Source: Ignavibacteria bacterium
GTDB lineage: Bacteria > Bacteroidota > Ignavibacteria > Ch128b
DNA length: 64,000 nucleotides
Assembly (NCBI GenBank): GCA_013177855.1
Contig: JABLYA010000005.1
Location: 7,426-71,425, forward strand
Direction of reading: 5' to 3'
The notes beneath the pieces are model-generated. The model saw nothing but the letters and a program-made list of their open reading frames with translations. It had not been told where the DNA came from and did no database searches. The position numbers and the translations under genes are program-made. This document shows, piece after piece, positions 19,701 through 28,444 of this stretch. The first letter of the stretch is position 1, and each line of letters starts with the position of its first letter.

Positions 19701-21165
19701 TTTCATATCTTTGATTAACTGGAATGAATTCTGGATGTGATGAATTAATATCAACATTTTCATACATCCATATTGCATCTAGTTCTATTTGTTCTTGAAC
19801 TGTAATATTATTATTGACAGCTTTTTTAAAAACCATATTATACCAATTGGTATCAGCGTTAATTCTACCAATCCAATATTGTATTCTAATATCATAAAAT
19901 GATAAAATTTCTAAAACTGTAAATTTTCTTGAATCGTTTTTTGCTTTAGTTGTTCCTGTTGTTATTGTGTTTGCTGACAATTGTATAATATCTCCTTCTT
20001 TCAATTGATATGCAAAATTACTAGTTGAACCAGTGATTTGTATGTAATTATCATAAGTGAAAAATGTATTCGGATAGTTTGATTGAAAAGATGAAATATT
20101 TTCATCAAATTTTGTTGGATTTATATTTTTTACAAATTTTTGTGATGATAAACTTTTGTTGTTAAAATGAGAAATAAATGTCTTTATTGTATTTTGTTCC
20201 CTGATAAATTGAATATTTCCATTATAAATATCAAATTCTGTTGTACCATCTATAATTGTAAAAATTGCATTATTCATTATAGGATTATTATTATAATCTT
20301 CAAATATTATTTGTTGATTTTCTTCTAAACCTATTAATGAATTTAATTTTTTATTAAATTCTATATAAGCAGTATAACCAGATACTGTAAATGTAGCTGA
20401 ACCTTGATATAATTTAGGTCTTTCTGTTTTTAATTCAAAATTTAATTTAATAATATCACCACTATTACCACTTAATTGCCAATTTTGATAAATAGTTTTC
20501 ATTTGTGCATTATTAGCATATGTCTTTATACCATCGTTTGATTTTGTACCAATAATACTAAATTTTTTATTATTGTGTAAAGTCCAACTAGATACTTCTG
20601 GATAAATAGTATCATCATAATCATTGAATGAAATTATATTGTGTGAATTTATAGTACCTCCAGAAAATGTATATGTAGAACCACTCCACAAACTATTTAC
20701 AGTTTGTGTGTTTACTAATATGGCATCTGGTTTTGTATCAAGAACTGTATAATACTTATTGTTAAAATCTGTTACTGTTCCGCTAAAAGTAACACCTGAA
20801 AAAGATATTATTGTACCCTTTGGATATTTTTTATCAAAGTCATAACCATATATCCATTTTGAGTAAAAACTATTTGATGAATTAACTCTAGTGATGTTTA
20901 AAATAGTATCTCCTGAATTTGTTGCTGAATGAAAACTAATACCACTACTATTATATAGTTCCATTTTATTTAAAAGAAAATAATCTTCTACTGAAAATGG
21001 TTGAACTTCTTCAAAAGTGTAAATTGCTAAAGTTTTAAATAAGTCGTTTGAATTCTCGTCAAAAAGTACTGTTCCTTCATAAATTCCTTCTTCATTCATA
21101 TCAAAATTATATGGATAACCTTCTTTATTGAAAAACAATAACTTTTTCTCATTGTAAAATTGCAT
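16792..21165 (-). CDS. Large virion structural protein (baseplate/tail-fibre class); family not recognised
   Basis: Uninterrupted 1457-aa ORF, preceded by the conserved 11-mer, rich in N/T/S/Y like fibre proteins. Confidence 0.5.
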   Translation of the reverse strand: MQFYNEKKLLFFNKEGYPYNFDMNEEGIYEGTVLFDENSNDLFKTLAIYTFEEVQPFSVEDYFLLNKMELYNSSGISFHSATNSGDTILNITRVNSSNSFYSKWIYGYDFDKKYPKGTIISFSGVTFSGTVTDFNNKYYTVLDTKPDAILVNTQTVNSLWSGSTYTFSGGTINSHNIISFNDYDDTIYPEVSSWTLHNNKKFSIIGTKSNDGIKTYANNAQMKTIYQNWQLSGNSGDIIKLNFELKTERPKLYQGSATFTVSGYTAYIEFNKKLNSLIGLEENQQIIFEDYNNNPIMNNAIFTIIDGTTEFDIYNGNIQFIREQNTIKTFISHFNNKSLSSQKFVKNINPTKFDENISSFQSNYPNTFFTYDNYIQITGSTSNFAYQLKEGDIIQLSANTITTGTTKAKNDSRKFTVLEILSFYDIRIQYWIGRINADTNWYNMVFKKAVNNNITVQEQIELDAIWMYENVDINSSHPEFIPVNQRYERIKVKEYVIPETVINTYNIKKLITIDEVKKIVCTMSIPAPYPQIFTKNVVAYDTSNIISFEQEILKGSDTLPDYYKTIDAFNTRYGEYLENYGILVYCSSGLTTSSCTINVHSLYSFNYTFDKQFIPYLYLNNILVTTTGITDSLINKCLIEFNDKLVNEIVYPNDSTNFNKNYSVQIKFNLNNNETNFGFNIELNDFDYYVNFTGDTETTIQFFIDKYAGLFIKNGLSLSNSANTLIISAIYPNVEVRTLRVKVNVYSDYEIVSEIKNKFIAISGNEIEISPSSSTQSFYDLGFSTGMIIRLSGSNYPQNNVQYNIIGLTETIIELSYQGLFYNDFGILTLDVDRFLRKPRESAVKDIYYSWKFVEPFSEDIFYYDISGEHLKPFQNREDLRYNGPLPLWDTENVCSERNSNIILRDEPNKDINYVSDPTKQQTVFRGKDGSYCLNFLLDRYNSSTEYDYTPTPLQVFLGFNSNNEGVSKTTVQMDKVENIIFSGYTNSLNDPNGVNFTFTSAGTLIIDIDQLNFNFIDYGFEKYQPITIDFIDQSTTGTTVFENYGTFLIEWVGGKTLKVYENYRDFSFNNGNNFKSFNTSGNSNGYYYEIKVQPKPILKLNVLGETEIEDERFRIVLNNLGVQINEDDEHMFIESDIKEHGIDYTLLNRKRKEMLLQYPEIYNYIGSYKSVINAINFFGWNDLQLNEYYKNVNPSSPLYQKLHKVLIPDIFDNTVKGWTKTDYVSGKYNTGSWKKTNLFNLTYRITDEDGNNILMYSLDEVQTKLNKLKRWLKRNILPLSSNLIDITGVAETINNNYQNYDVSNQVISAINENETTVVNFTYTETLNFDHNYLFEIEFYTKTGISPSGWTCKIQTFSKATDGSNKLIPQKYYKLMKNDLGNFSFNIDKFIDEYLYIETVSYNDYGIAQKFNKMINTSTSKNYVLVNNNFHIPDYNYLNVGNKYYWFDNQGFIYLND

Positions 21166-21186
21166 ACCTAAATTATTATGTTTTCC

Positions 21187-21197
21187 TTATATATTAA
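21187..21197 (-). promoter_or_regulatory. TTAATATATAA (minus strand) 21 nt upstream of ATG 21165
   Basis: Exact 11-mer. Confidence 0.5.
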
Positions 21198-21285
21198 AAT
21201 AATGGTAATAAAACACAATAATTATTCTTTTGGTTTTATATATTCTTTGATTTCATTTATACATTTACTATCCTTAATTTCTTTA

Positions 21286-21495
21286 TTAAAAACTGTTTGG
21301 ATCATATTTATCAGAAATAAAGTCAAAAATTAATAATTTTTCTGATGTACATATATAAAGTAATTTAATGTCTTTTGAATTTTTCTTTGAATATTTTGAT
21401 ATATCACCTAAAATATCTTCATACGATGTTCTAGTAACTTTGAATATTGTTTGCGCATTTAAATTAAATGTTAGTTGATCCGTTAGACCAAACAA
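21286..21495 (-). CDS. Hypothetical small protein
   Basis: ORF only. Confidence 0.3.
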   Translation of the reverse strand: MFGLTDQLTFNLNAQTIFKVTRTSYEDILGDISKYSKKNSKDIKLLYICTSEKLLIFDFISDKYDPNSF

Positions 21496-21556
21496 TAAAA
21501 ATACTATAAATATTAAAAATTAACAATAATTTAACATAAAAATCATAAAAAAATAA

Positions 21557-21694
21557 TTTTCTTTAATATATAAGGAAATATATTTTATGTGGTTAAAATC
21601 TAAAGAAGGGAAGAACTTTCAAACAGAATTAACTCAAGATTTAATTTCAATTATTCATCATTTTTCTATGAAAATGTTTGCAACAAGAAAGTGA
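21557..21694 (+). pseudogene. tnpA: C-terminal remnant of an IS607-type serine-recombinase transposase (TnpA)
   Basis: ...KNFQTELTQDLISIIHHFSMKMFATRK resembles the conserved TnpA C-terminus (E-L-x-E-D-L-I-S-I-I-T-H-F-S...). The frame is closed by a stop at 21554-21556. Its stop overlaps the GTG of the TnpB-like gene. Confidence 0.5.
21563..21573 (+). promoter_or_regulatory. TTAATATATAA (plus strand) at the truncation point of the TnpA remnant
   Basis: Exact 11-mer. Confidence 0.4.
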
Positions 21695-22984
21695 AAACAA
21701 TTAAATTACCATATAAAACAACCGAAGATTTAACTTCTATATTCAAGCAATATTCCAATATTGTTAGGTATAGTTACAATCGTTTTCTTGAAAATAAGAC
21801 AGAAAAGGATATTAGAAAATTGTCTAAATCATTAAATTCAATTGATTTACTTAATTCTTGGTTAATTCAATGTGGTATAAAAGATGGTAAAGCAATACAA
21901 ACAAGATTTAAAACTGAAAAAGTAGTATTTGGTGGTAAACGCAATTTAATCAATAGATTAAAATCTAAAATAACTAAAGATGAATTTTCATTGAAAAGAT
22001 TATGTCCTATAAATATACAGGGTGAAGAACTTAAGCAGGGAAACAGAAATTTTAAGTTAGACATTATAGAAAACAATCAAATTATCTTTAAATTAAATAA
22101 AAATAAACACATTGAATTAAAATTACCTAAGTTACAATATAAAAAAAGAATTGTTTAAACTTCAACAATTAAATGAAATTAAACAAAATCAAAAAGGATA
22201 TACATATTCAATTAGATTTGATTTAAACAATATTTATATAAGTTTTGAAGAGTTTAAACAAGAACCGATTAAATTAAACGAGAATAGGTATTTAGGTATA
22301 GACTTGAACCCAGACACAATTGGTATTTCGGTTTTAGAAAACGATAGAGTGATTCATACTCAAGAATTTAGTTTAAAACCAATTTTTAGTAAAATTTTAA
22401 ATGAAAAATTAAGTTCTAATTCGGATAGGATGAAATATTTTCAAAACAAATTAAAATTTGAAACATTTGAAATATCAAAATCTATTTCATTAATTGCTAA
22501 ACAATTTAACTGTAAGTCAGTTTTCATTGAAGATTTACATTTTAAAGGTTCTTCAACGATAAAAATATCAAACAGGAAGAACAAAAATCTTTGGAAAAGA
22601 GAATTATTTATAAGCAATTTAACTAAAAGATTAAATATTTTAAACATAAAACTATATTTTGTTAATCCTGCTTACTCAAGTTTTATTGGAAACTTACAAC
22701 ACGATTATACTGATGCGGTCAATGCTAGTATTGAAATAGCAAGAAGAGGATTCGAATGTAGAATAAAGAAAAACAAGATGGGATTTTATCCAAAACTGTT
22801 GGTAAAACACCAATGGAAGGAAATGGCTACCAAACATACAGGTTGGAAGAAATTCTTTCTTGAAGTAAAAAACTCGAAATTGAAATATCGAGTTTCATTA
22901 GATGAATGTTTACATAAATTTAATGTTTTTAAGCAAAATTTAAGTCATAAAAGCATGGTTTTAAATTATGTTTTTTATGATTAA
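21691..22984 (+). CDS. tnpB: TnpB-like RuvC nuclease (IS200/IS605-IS607 accessory protein), split by a frameshift in an A7 run
   Basis: RuvC motifs YLGIDLN (D), VFIEDL (E) and DYTDAVNASIEIARRG (D). Removing one A from 22141-22147 joins the two ORFs as ...LQYKKELFKLQQL.... No CxxC zinc finger lies between the E and last D motifs. Confidence 0.75.
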
Positions 22985-23090
22985 TTATTTAGTTTATTGA
23001 ATTTTGTATTTTAAATATATGATTATAAACACTATTTTAAAACTTTTTTTTCAATAACCCACTACAAACCATAAAAAATATACATTTTCT

Positions 23091-23393
23091 ATGGATATTA
23101 AATTAAAAGAAAACGTAATTTTTACTCCCTATGATGATTCCAAATTATTGAAAGAAAAGATTTTAGAGTTTATTTTTGAATCTAAAACAGATAAAATCCT
23201 TTATAAAGGAAATCCTACTGGAATTAATTACAAATTGCTCAAAAAGATTTTACCTCTTGACCAAATTAAATTAGATAAAGATGCAAATTCATTAAATAAT
23301 TTTATTGAGATTAAATCTGATAACATTAGAGAGGTATATAATGACTTTATACAAAAAATGAATTGTAAATTATGTTTAATATACAAGATATAA
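23091..23393 (+). CDS. Hypothetical protein
   Basis: ORF followed by a terminator. Confidence 0.5.
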   Translation: MDIKLKENVIFTPYDDSKLLKEKILEFIFESKTDKILYKGNPTGINYKLLKKILPLDQIKLDKDANSLNNFIEIKSDNIREVYNDFIQKMNCKLCLIYKI

Positions 23394-23397
23394 ACAA

Positions 23398-23426
23398 AAG
23401 AGAACTAAAAAGTTCTCTTTTTTATT
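23398..23426 (+). terminator. Rho-independent terminator
   Basis: Stem aagagaact/agttctctt followed by a T-run. Confidence 0.7.
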
Positions 23427-23806
23427 TGTGTTTTTTTAATGATTTTATAGAATCATTAATTTTATTTTCATTAACTTTATTTTCATCATTAAGTTCTGTA
23501 ATTTCAAAGATATATAATATTAGATAATTTTACTATTTTAATAATATCATTATATGAGAATTGAGCCATTCACAGATCATGAAAAATAAATAATAATTTC
23601 TCAGTATATATGGTTTATTTATTATATCTTTTAAATGCGTTTTCTGTAATCATATTAAATTCTACTTGACCAATAAAATCTTTTAGTGAAGTTTTATTTG
23701 TATAACTCATTGCATTTGTTTTGATTTTATAAATAAGTTTTTTTTCATTTTATAATTTTATATATAAATATATTAAAATGTTTTGATTAAAAAAATAATA
23801 TGTGAT

Positions 23807-24610
23807 ATGAAAATATTAAAAGATTATAAACAGTATGTTAAAGAAAATGTAAATGACATGGCAAAATATAATAAAATGATAGATTATACTTTGTTAGATA
23901 ATGATGCAACAAAAGAAGATATTATACGACTTTGTGAAAAAGCAAGAATTATGAATGTTAAATCTGTATGTGTTATGCCTAAACATGTTATTATTGCTGC
24001 AGAAGAATTATCTGATTGTGATATTTTGGTTTGTACAGTCATTTCATTCCCAGAAGGAACAAACACATTAAAACAAAAAATAGCTGAAACAAATCAAGTT
24101 ATCCAAGATGGTGCTGATGAAATTGATGTGGTATTAGATTACCAATATTTAAAGAAAGAATGGAATGATACCGCATCAAACGGTGGTGATTTAGAAATTA
24201 GTAAATCTCAAAAATTAATTAAAGAAATTTCAGAATTGGTAAGAATATGTCATGCAAATGAAAATAAAGATGGTGATGAAATAACATTAAAAGTTATTGT
24301 TGAAAGTGGTTTGTTAACACCAAAACAAACAGAAGTTGCTACCATTATTTGTTTAGAAAGTGGTGCTGATTTTATTAAAACTTCAACAAGTAAAGTTGCA
24401 GTTGGTGATGAATTAGAAAAAGTTAAAGTGATGAAAGATACTATAGATAAATATATAGGTGAATATGATTATTACTATGAAGGTTTTAAAATGAAAATAA
24501 ATGTATCTGGTAATATCAGAACTATACAAGATATTAAAAAATTTAAACCTTATGTAGATAGATTTAGTATGGATTATGTTGATGTTGATAAACTTAATGG
24601 TTTAGAATAA
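23807..24610 (+). CDS. deoC: Deoxyribose-phosphate aldolase (DeoC-like)
   Basis: IDYTLL..., SVCV, TVISFPEG, GADEIDVV and GADFIKTSTSKVAVG match E. coli DeoC FIKTSTGKVAV. ATG 23807 is preferred over TTG 23783. Confidence 0.7.
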   Translation: MKILKDYKQYVKENVNDMAKYNKMIDYTLLDNDATKEDIIRLCEKARIMNVKSVCVMPKHVIIAAEELSDCDILVCTVISFPEGTNTLKQKIAETNQVIQDGADEIDVVLDYQYLKKEWNDTASNGGDLEISKSQKLIKEISELVRICHANENKDGDEITLKVIVESGLLTPKQTEVATIICLESGADFIKTSTSKVAVGDELEKVKVMKDTIDKYIGEYDYYYEGFKMKINVSGNIRTIQDIKKFKPYVDRFSMDYVDVDKLNGLE

Positions 24611-24683
24611 AGGTAATTAAAAGTATTTAAATTGTTTTAAATTACATGTTTTAATCGGTAAAGTACAAAAAAAATATAAAAAT

Positions 24684-27131
24684 ATGAAATACTTAAAATC
24701 ATATGAAAGCAAATTAATAGATGATATACTGGATAAAATTTCAAAAACTGGTATGAAATCATTAACACCTTCAGAAAGAAATTATTTAAATAATGTTTTT
24801 AAAGGAGATACCAAAGAATTGGAAGATATTGTAAAATATAAGAAAAATAAAATTTCTAGTATTTTTGAATATGACCCAAGAGAAGACCAAGACTTTTTTG
24901 ATGAACTCGGAGATGAAATTGGTATACCGTTTGATTTTAGAGACTATGATGATGAAGAGATTGAGCAAGGAAGATATGAAATTATATATAATGATATTGA
25001 TGAAGAAGATTTAGATCATTTTGTAGAATATTTTGACATTAAAGATTGTAAAAAAGAATACAAAGGTAAAGATGTATATAAACCTTGGCATGAATTAAGT
25101 CAAGAAACTCAAAATAAATTTAAAAAAATATATAAAAGAAATATATTAATGTTATATAGTTATAATTCATATTTAAAAATTCTTGAAAGTAAACAATCTG
25201 AAAAGAAAATTGAAAAGGTTATTGCAAAAATTAAAAAATTTGTCAATATACCTGAAATTTATAATTGGGCAATAGACAAATGTACTAACAACAGAAAAAC
25301 TACCGAAGGATTAAAATATGCAATATGGGTTGCTAATCAGATCAAAAATTATGTTGTAGATGATTTGATAAAAACCGTAAAAGTTAGAAATAAGGTAAAC
25401 GTGAATAAACAAGAAGTAGAATTATATTTAAAGGGTGAAAATAAGGAATTATCTAAAAAAATAAATGAATTAGATAATATATTAAAACAAATTATTGATA
25501 ATTTTCCTAAATTTTTAAATGAAAAAATTAATTATATTTTAGACTGGTTAAAATCACCAATAAGAACAGAAAAAATAAATTTATCAGAATTAAATTTAGA
25601 AAGTGCATATAAGAAATCAGAAGAATGGCATAATTCATTGACAGCGACAGGTAAAATAACCGATGAAACGGGCAAAGTTTTTATTGAATTTGATGATGGT
25701 TATTATTGGATAGATTTACAAACAACATATTCTGAAGATGAAGCTAAAGCAATGGGTCATTGTGGTAAAACTAATGAAGGAGATACCTTATTTTCATTAA
25801 GAGATAAAAACAAATCACCACATATTACAGTCGCATACGATACAAAAAATGGTGTTATCTATCAAATGAAAGGTAAAAATAATCGAAAACCTATTGATAA
25901 ATATCACCCATATATTTATAGACTATTGGTAGATCCTATATTAAAGCCAAAATATTTTGGATATGAATGGAATAAAGAAGAAGATTTTAATTTAAGTGAT
26001 TTTGATAAAGAAACATTTAATAAAGTATATAAATATAATCCCAATTTAATTTATAATTCAATAAATTATGATCATAAAATGTGTAAAGGTTTAATACAGA
26101 AAAATTATTTGGATAAAGAAGATATTAAAGATGTGTTAATTAATAGTAAAGATGTTAATATAAATATAATTATGGATATGTTAGATACTGATCTTTTTAC
26201 TAAAGATGAATTGAAAGAAATGTTAAAGATATCAAAATTTTCACCAAAAGATTGGAGTGATTTAACTAATATAAAATTATATAATGAAGGGTTAATATCA
26301 ATTGAACAATTAGCCAAAAAATTTAATGAGATTGAAATTATTGATGGTGTTGGTTATATTGATGGTGATGAAGATGATTTGAGCCATTTTATGGATGATA
26401 GTGTTAAATCGATATTATTTGATGATGTCCAACCGATATTATTTGATGATGTCCTTTTGAATGGGGTTATTATTGATATGGATAGTTCCGAACATGTCTG
26501 GGATTATTTAACAAAAGAAAATAAAGAAAAAGTTATCCAAAAAATATTAGAATATGGTAAATCATTGCAATACAAAAATTATAGAATAGATAAACAATTC
26601 TGGTTTTTTAATTTAAAACCAACAAAAGAAATGTTTCAATGGATTGAAGAAAAGAAAGATTATTTTTTTGTATATAATAATTACCATTATGAGATTAGTA
26701 TATTGATAGACAATAATAAAGACAATGATTTATACGAACTATATAAAGATATGAATAGATCATTGATTTCGGCACAAAGAACAGCTGATAAAAATGAGTA
26801 TTATAAAAAAGCAATAAAAGAAGTAATTTATTTGTTGGGTGAGTTCAAGAGAGAAAGTATAAAAAGTGAGATAAATGGTAAGACATATTATAAAGAAGTA
26901 TTTAGATTTAAAGCTGATGATTTGTGTGATTGGTCAAGAATGGTTGATTTTCTGGAATATGATTATAGTTATCAAGGTGAAATTGATTGGGAAGAAGAAA
27001 AATATGGTGATTTGTGGTCAATACTTAGAGAAATGATAGATGATAAAGCAGAAATAAATGATGATTATGGTATTTATGGTATAATAAGTTCAAAAGTATT
27101 GAATGATTATTTTTCAGAATATATAAAATGA
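24684..27131 (+). CDS. 815-aa protein with CTS-like leader and PcfJ-like core
   Basis: MKYLKSYESKLIDD...; EDEAKAMGHCGKTNEGDTLFSLRDKNKSPHITVAYDTKNGVIYQMKGKNN. There is an internal 24-bp duplication at 26409..26456. Confidence 0.5.
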   Translation: MKYLKSYESKLIDDILDKISKTGMKSLTPSERNYLNNVFKGDTKELEDIVKYKKNKISSIFEYDPREDQDFFDELGDEIGIPFDFRDYDDEEIEQGRYEIIYNDIDEEDLDHFVEYFDIKDCKKEYKGKDVYKPWHELSQETQNKFKKIYKRNILMLYSYNSYLKILESKQSEKKIEKVIAKIKKFVNIPEIYNWAIDKCTNNRKTTEGLKYAIWVANQIKNYVVDDLIKTVKVRNKVNVNKQEVELYLKGENKELSKKINELDNILKQIIDNFPKFLNEKINYILDWLKSPIRTEKINLSELNLESAYKKSEEWHNSLTATGKITDETGKVFIEFDDGYYWIDLQTTYSEDEAKAMGHCGKTNEGDTLFSLRDKNKSPHITVAYDTKNGVIYQMKGKNNRKPIDKYHPYIYRLLVDPILKPKYFGYEWNKEEDFNLSDFDKETFNKVYKYNPNLIYNSINYDHKMCKGLIQKNYLDKEDIKDVLINSKDVNINIIMDMLDTDLFTKDELKEMLKISKFSPKDWSDLTNIKLYNEGLISIEQLAKKFNEIEIIDGVGYIDGDEDDLSHFMDDSVKSILFDDVQPILFDDVLLNGVIIDMDSSEHVWDYLTKENKEKVIQKILEYGKSLQYKNYRIDKQFWFFNLKPTKEMFQWIEEKKDYFFVYNNYHYEISILIDNNKDNDLYELYKDMNRSLISAQRTADKNEYYKKAIKEVIYLLGEFKRESIKSEINGKTYYKEVFRFKADDLCDWSRMVDFLEYDYSYQGEIDWEEEKYGDLWSILREMIDDKAEINDDYGIYGIISSKVLNDYFSEYIK

Positions 27132-27141
27132 TATTTAAAAG

Positions 27142-27176
27142 AAAACCTCTCTTGTTAAGAGGTTTTTTATTTTTGT
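27142..27176. terminator. Bidirectional hairpin terminator between convergent genes
   Basis: Stem aacctct/agaggtt flanked by A- and T-runs. Confidence 0.6.
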
Positions 27177-27928
27177 GGTTCATCTGTTTTTTCAAACCAA
27201 TAATTAAAGAAAAAATAATTGTTTTTATCTATTTTATATGGTTCCCCCTTATAAATAAATTGTATAAATGGGTTATTTTTATCACTATTAGCAAATTTAA
27301 CTTGTATTTTAGAATTTTTTGGAATATTTACTATATTACCCATATTATTTTTACAAGAAACTTTATCAGCTAAACAAACATACCAACCTTTTGCTGGTTT
27401 AAACCATTTTTCCAATATCTTTCTTAAATGATTATCGAGTTTTAATCTGTACTCATTGTCAATATATCTATACCTATTGTCTGTAAATAAGTCTGTTTTA
27501 AGATAATCCTTATTTATCCAATTGAAATTTTTAAATACACCAAAGAATTCTTCTTCACCAAAGAAAAATGAAATATAAATATCTATATTTTGATTAGCAT
27601 TTACATTTATTCTCAAAATTTTAAGGTCAGTATATTTATCCACATCTTCTAAGAATTGGTCGTATTTAATATTACCATAATTGTTTGTTACATCTTTGTA
27701 TACTTGTTTTACAACACCTAATAAATTATTAACCATCATTGGTGTTCTGTAATATTGGTCATAATATGGACTATCAGTTTGACCGTATATACTTAAAGAA
27801 TTGTCAATAGCAAATCCATAACCAGGAAAACCAAGAGATGAAGGTGTTATACCTTGTTGAGCAAACTGATTCCAGTCGGAATATGCTTCTTTCAAAAAAC
27901 TGTATTTGTTAAATTTGAGTAATTTCAT
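27167..27928 (-). CDS. Hypothetical protein with CTS-like leader
   Basis: MKLLKFNKYSFLKEAY... Confidence 0.5.
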   Translation of the reverse strand: MKLLKFNKYSFLKEAYSDWNQFAQQGITPSSLGFPGYGFAIDNSLSIYGQTDSPYYDQYYRTPMMVNNLLGVVKQVYKDVTNNYGNIKYDQFLEDVDKYTDLKILRINVNANQNIDIYISFFFGEEEFFGVFKNFNWINKDYLKTDLFTDNRYRYIDNEYRLKLDNHLRKILEKWFKPAKGWYVCLADKVSCKNNMGNIVNIPKNSKIQVKFANSDKNNPFIQFIYKGEPYKIDKNNYFFFNYWFEKTDEPQK

Positions 27929-27966
27929 ATATATTATATATTAAATAAGTACATAACTTTTCATAC

Positions 27967-27977
27967 TTATATATTAA
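27967..27977 (-). promoter_or_regulatory. TTAATATATAA (minus strand) 38 nt upstream of ATG 27928, with a second copy at 27934..27944
   Basis: Exact 11-mers. Confidence 0.4.
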
Positions 27978-28052
27978 AAATTTTGTTTATGAAATTAATA
28001 TATATGATTGAGATATTATATATTTATATATACCTAAAAATAATAATTTATT

Positions 28053-28433
28053 ATGGCTATTAAAAAAGAACAAAAATCTGAAAAGTTAACCGAAAAATAT
28101 AAATATAAAGGTGAAGGTAAAATGATGTCTGATATATCTACTTCGGAACCTTTGAATAAAAACAATAAATCTACTAAAAATAAGAAAGATGAAAAGGTTG
28201 AGAAAAAGGTAGAAAAAATGGTCGAAACACCTAATCAAAAACTTCCATCCAAGAAAGAAATATATACATCTATGTTAAAAGAAAATAAACCATTTATACT
28301 TAAAATAAATGGCTCGATTGTATTTGATTCTGAAGTGAGTGATATTATGCTACTATGTTTTGAAGAAAACTATTTTAGAATTGGTGTTGAAAAACACACA
28401 TACGATGGTTTAAATTTCAAATTTAAAAAATAA
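28053..28433 (+). CDS. Hypothetical lysine-rich protein
   Basis: ORF with the variant motif ATTTATATATAC about 20 nt upstream. Confidence 0.5.
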   Translation: MAIKKEQKSEKLTEKYKYKGEGKMMSDISTSEPLNKNNKSTKNKKDEKVEKKVEKMVETPNQKLPSKKEIYTSMLKENKPFILKINGSIVFDSEVSDIMLLCFEENYFRIGVEKHTYDGLNFKFKK

Positions 28434-28444
28434 CATTAAATAAG

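Noticed and set aside
23430-23780. Gap examined for a gene on the minus strand
   Set aside because: The minus-strand reading from ATG 23710 gives 31 codons and then several stops. This is at best a decayed gene, with not enough evidence to annotate.
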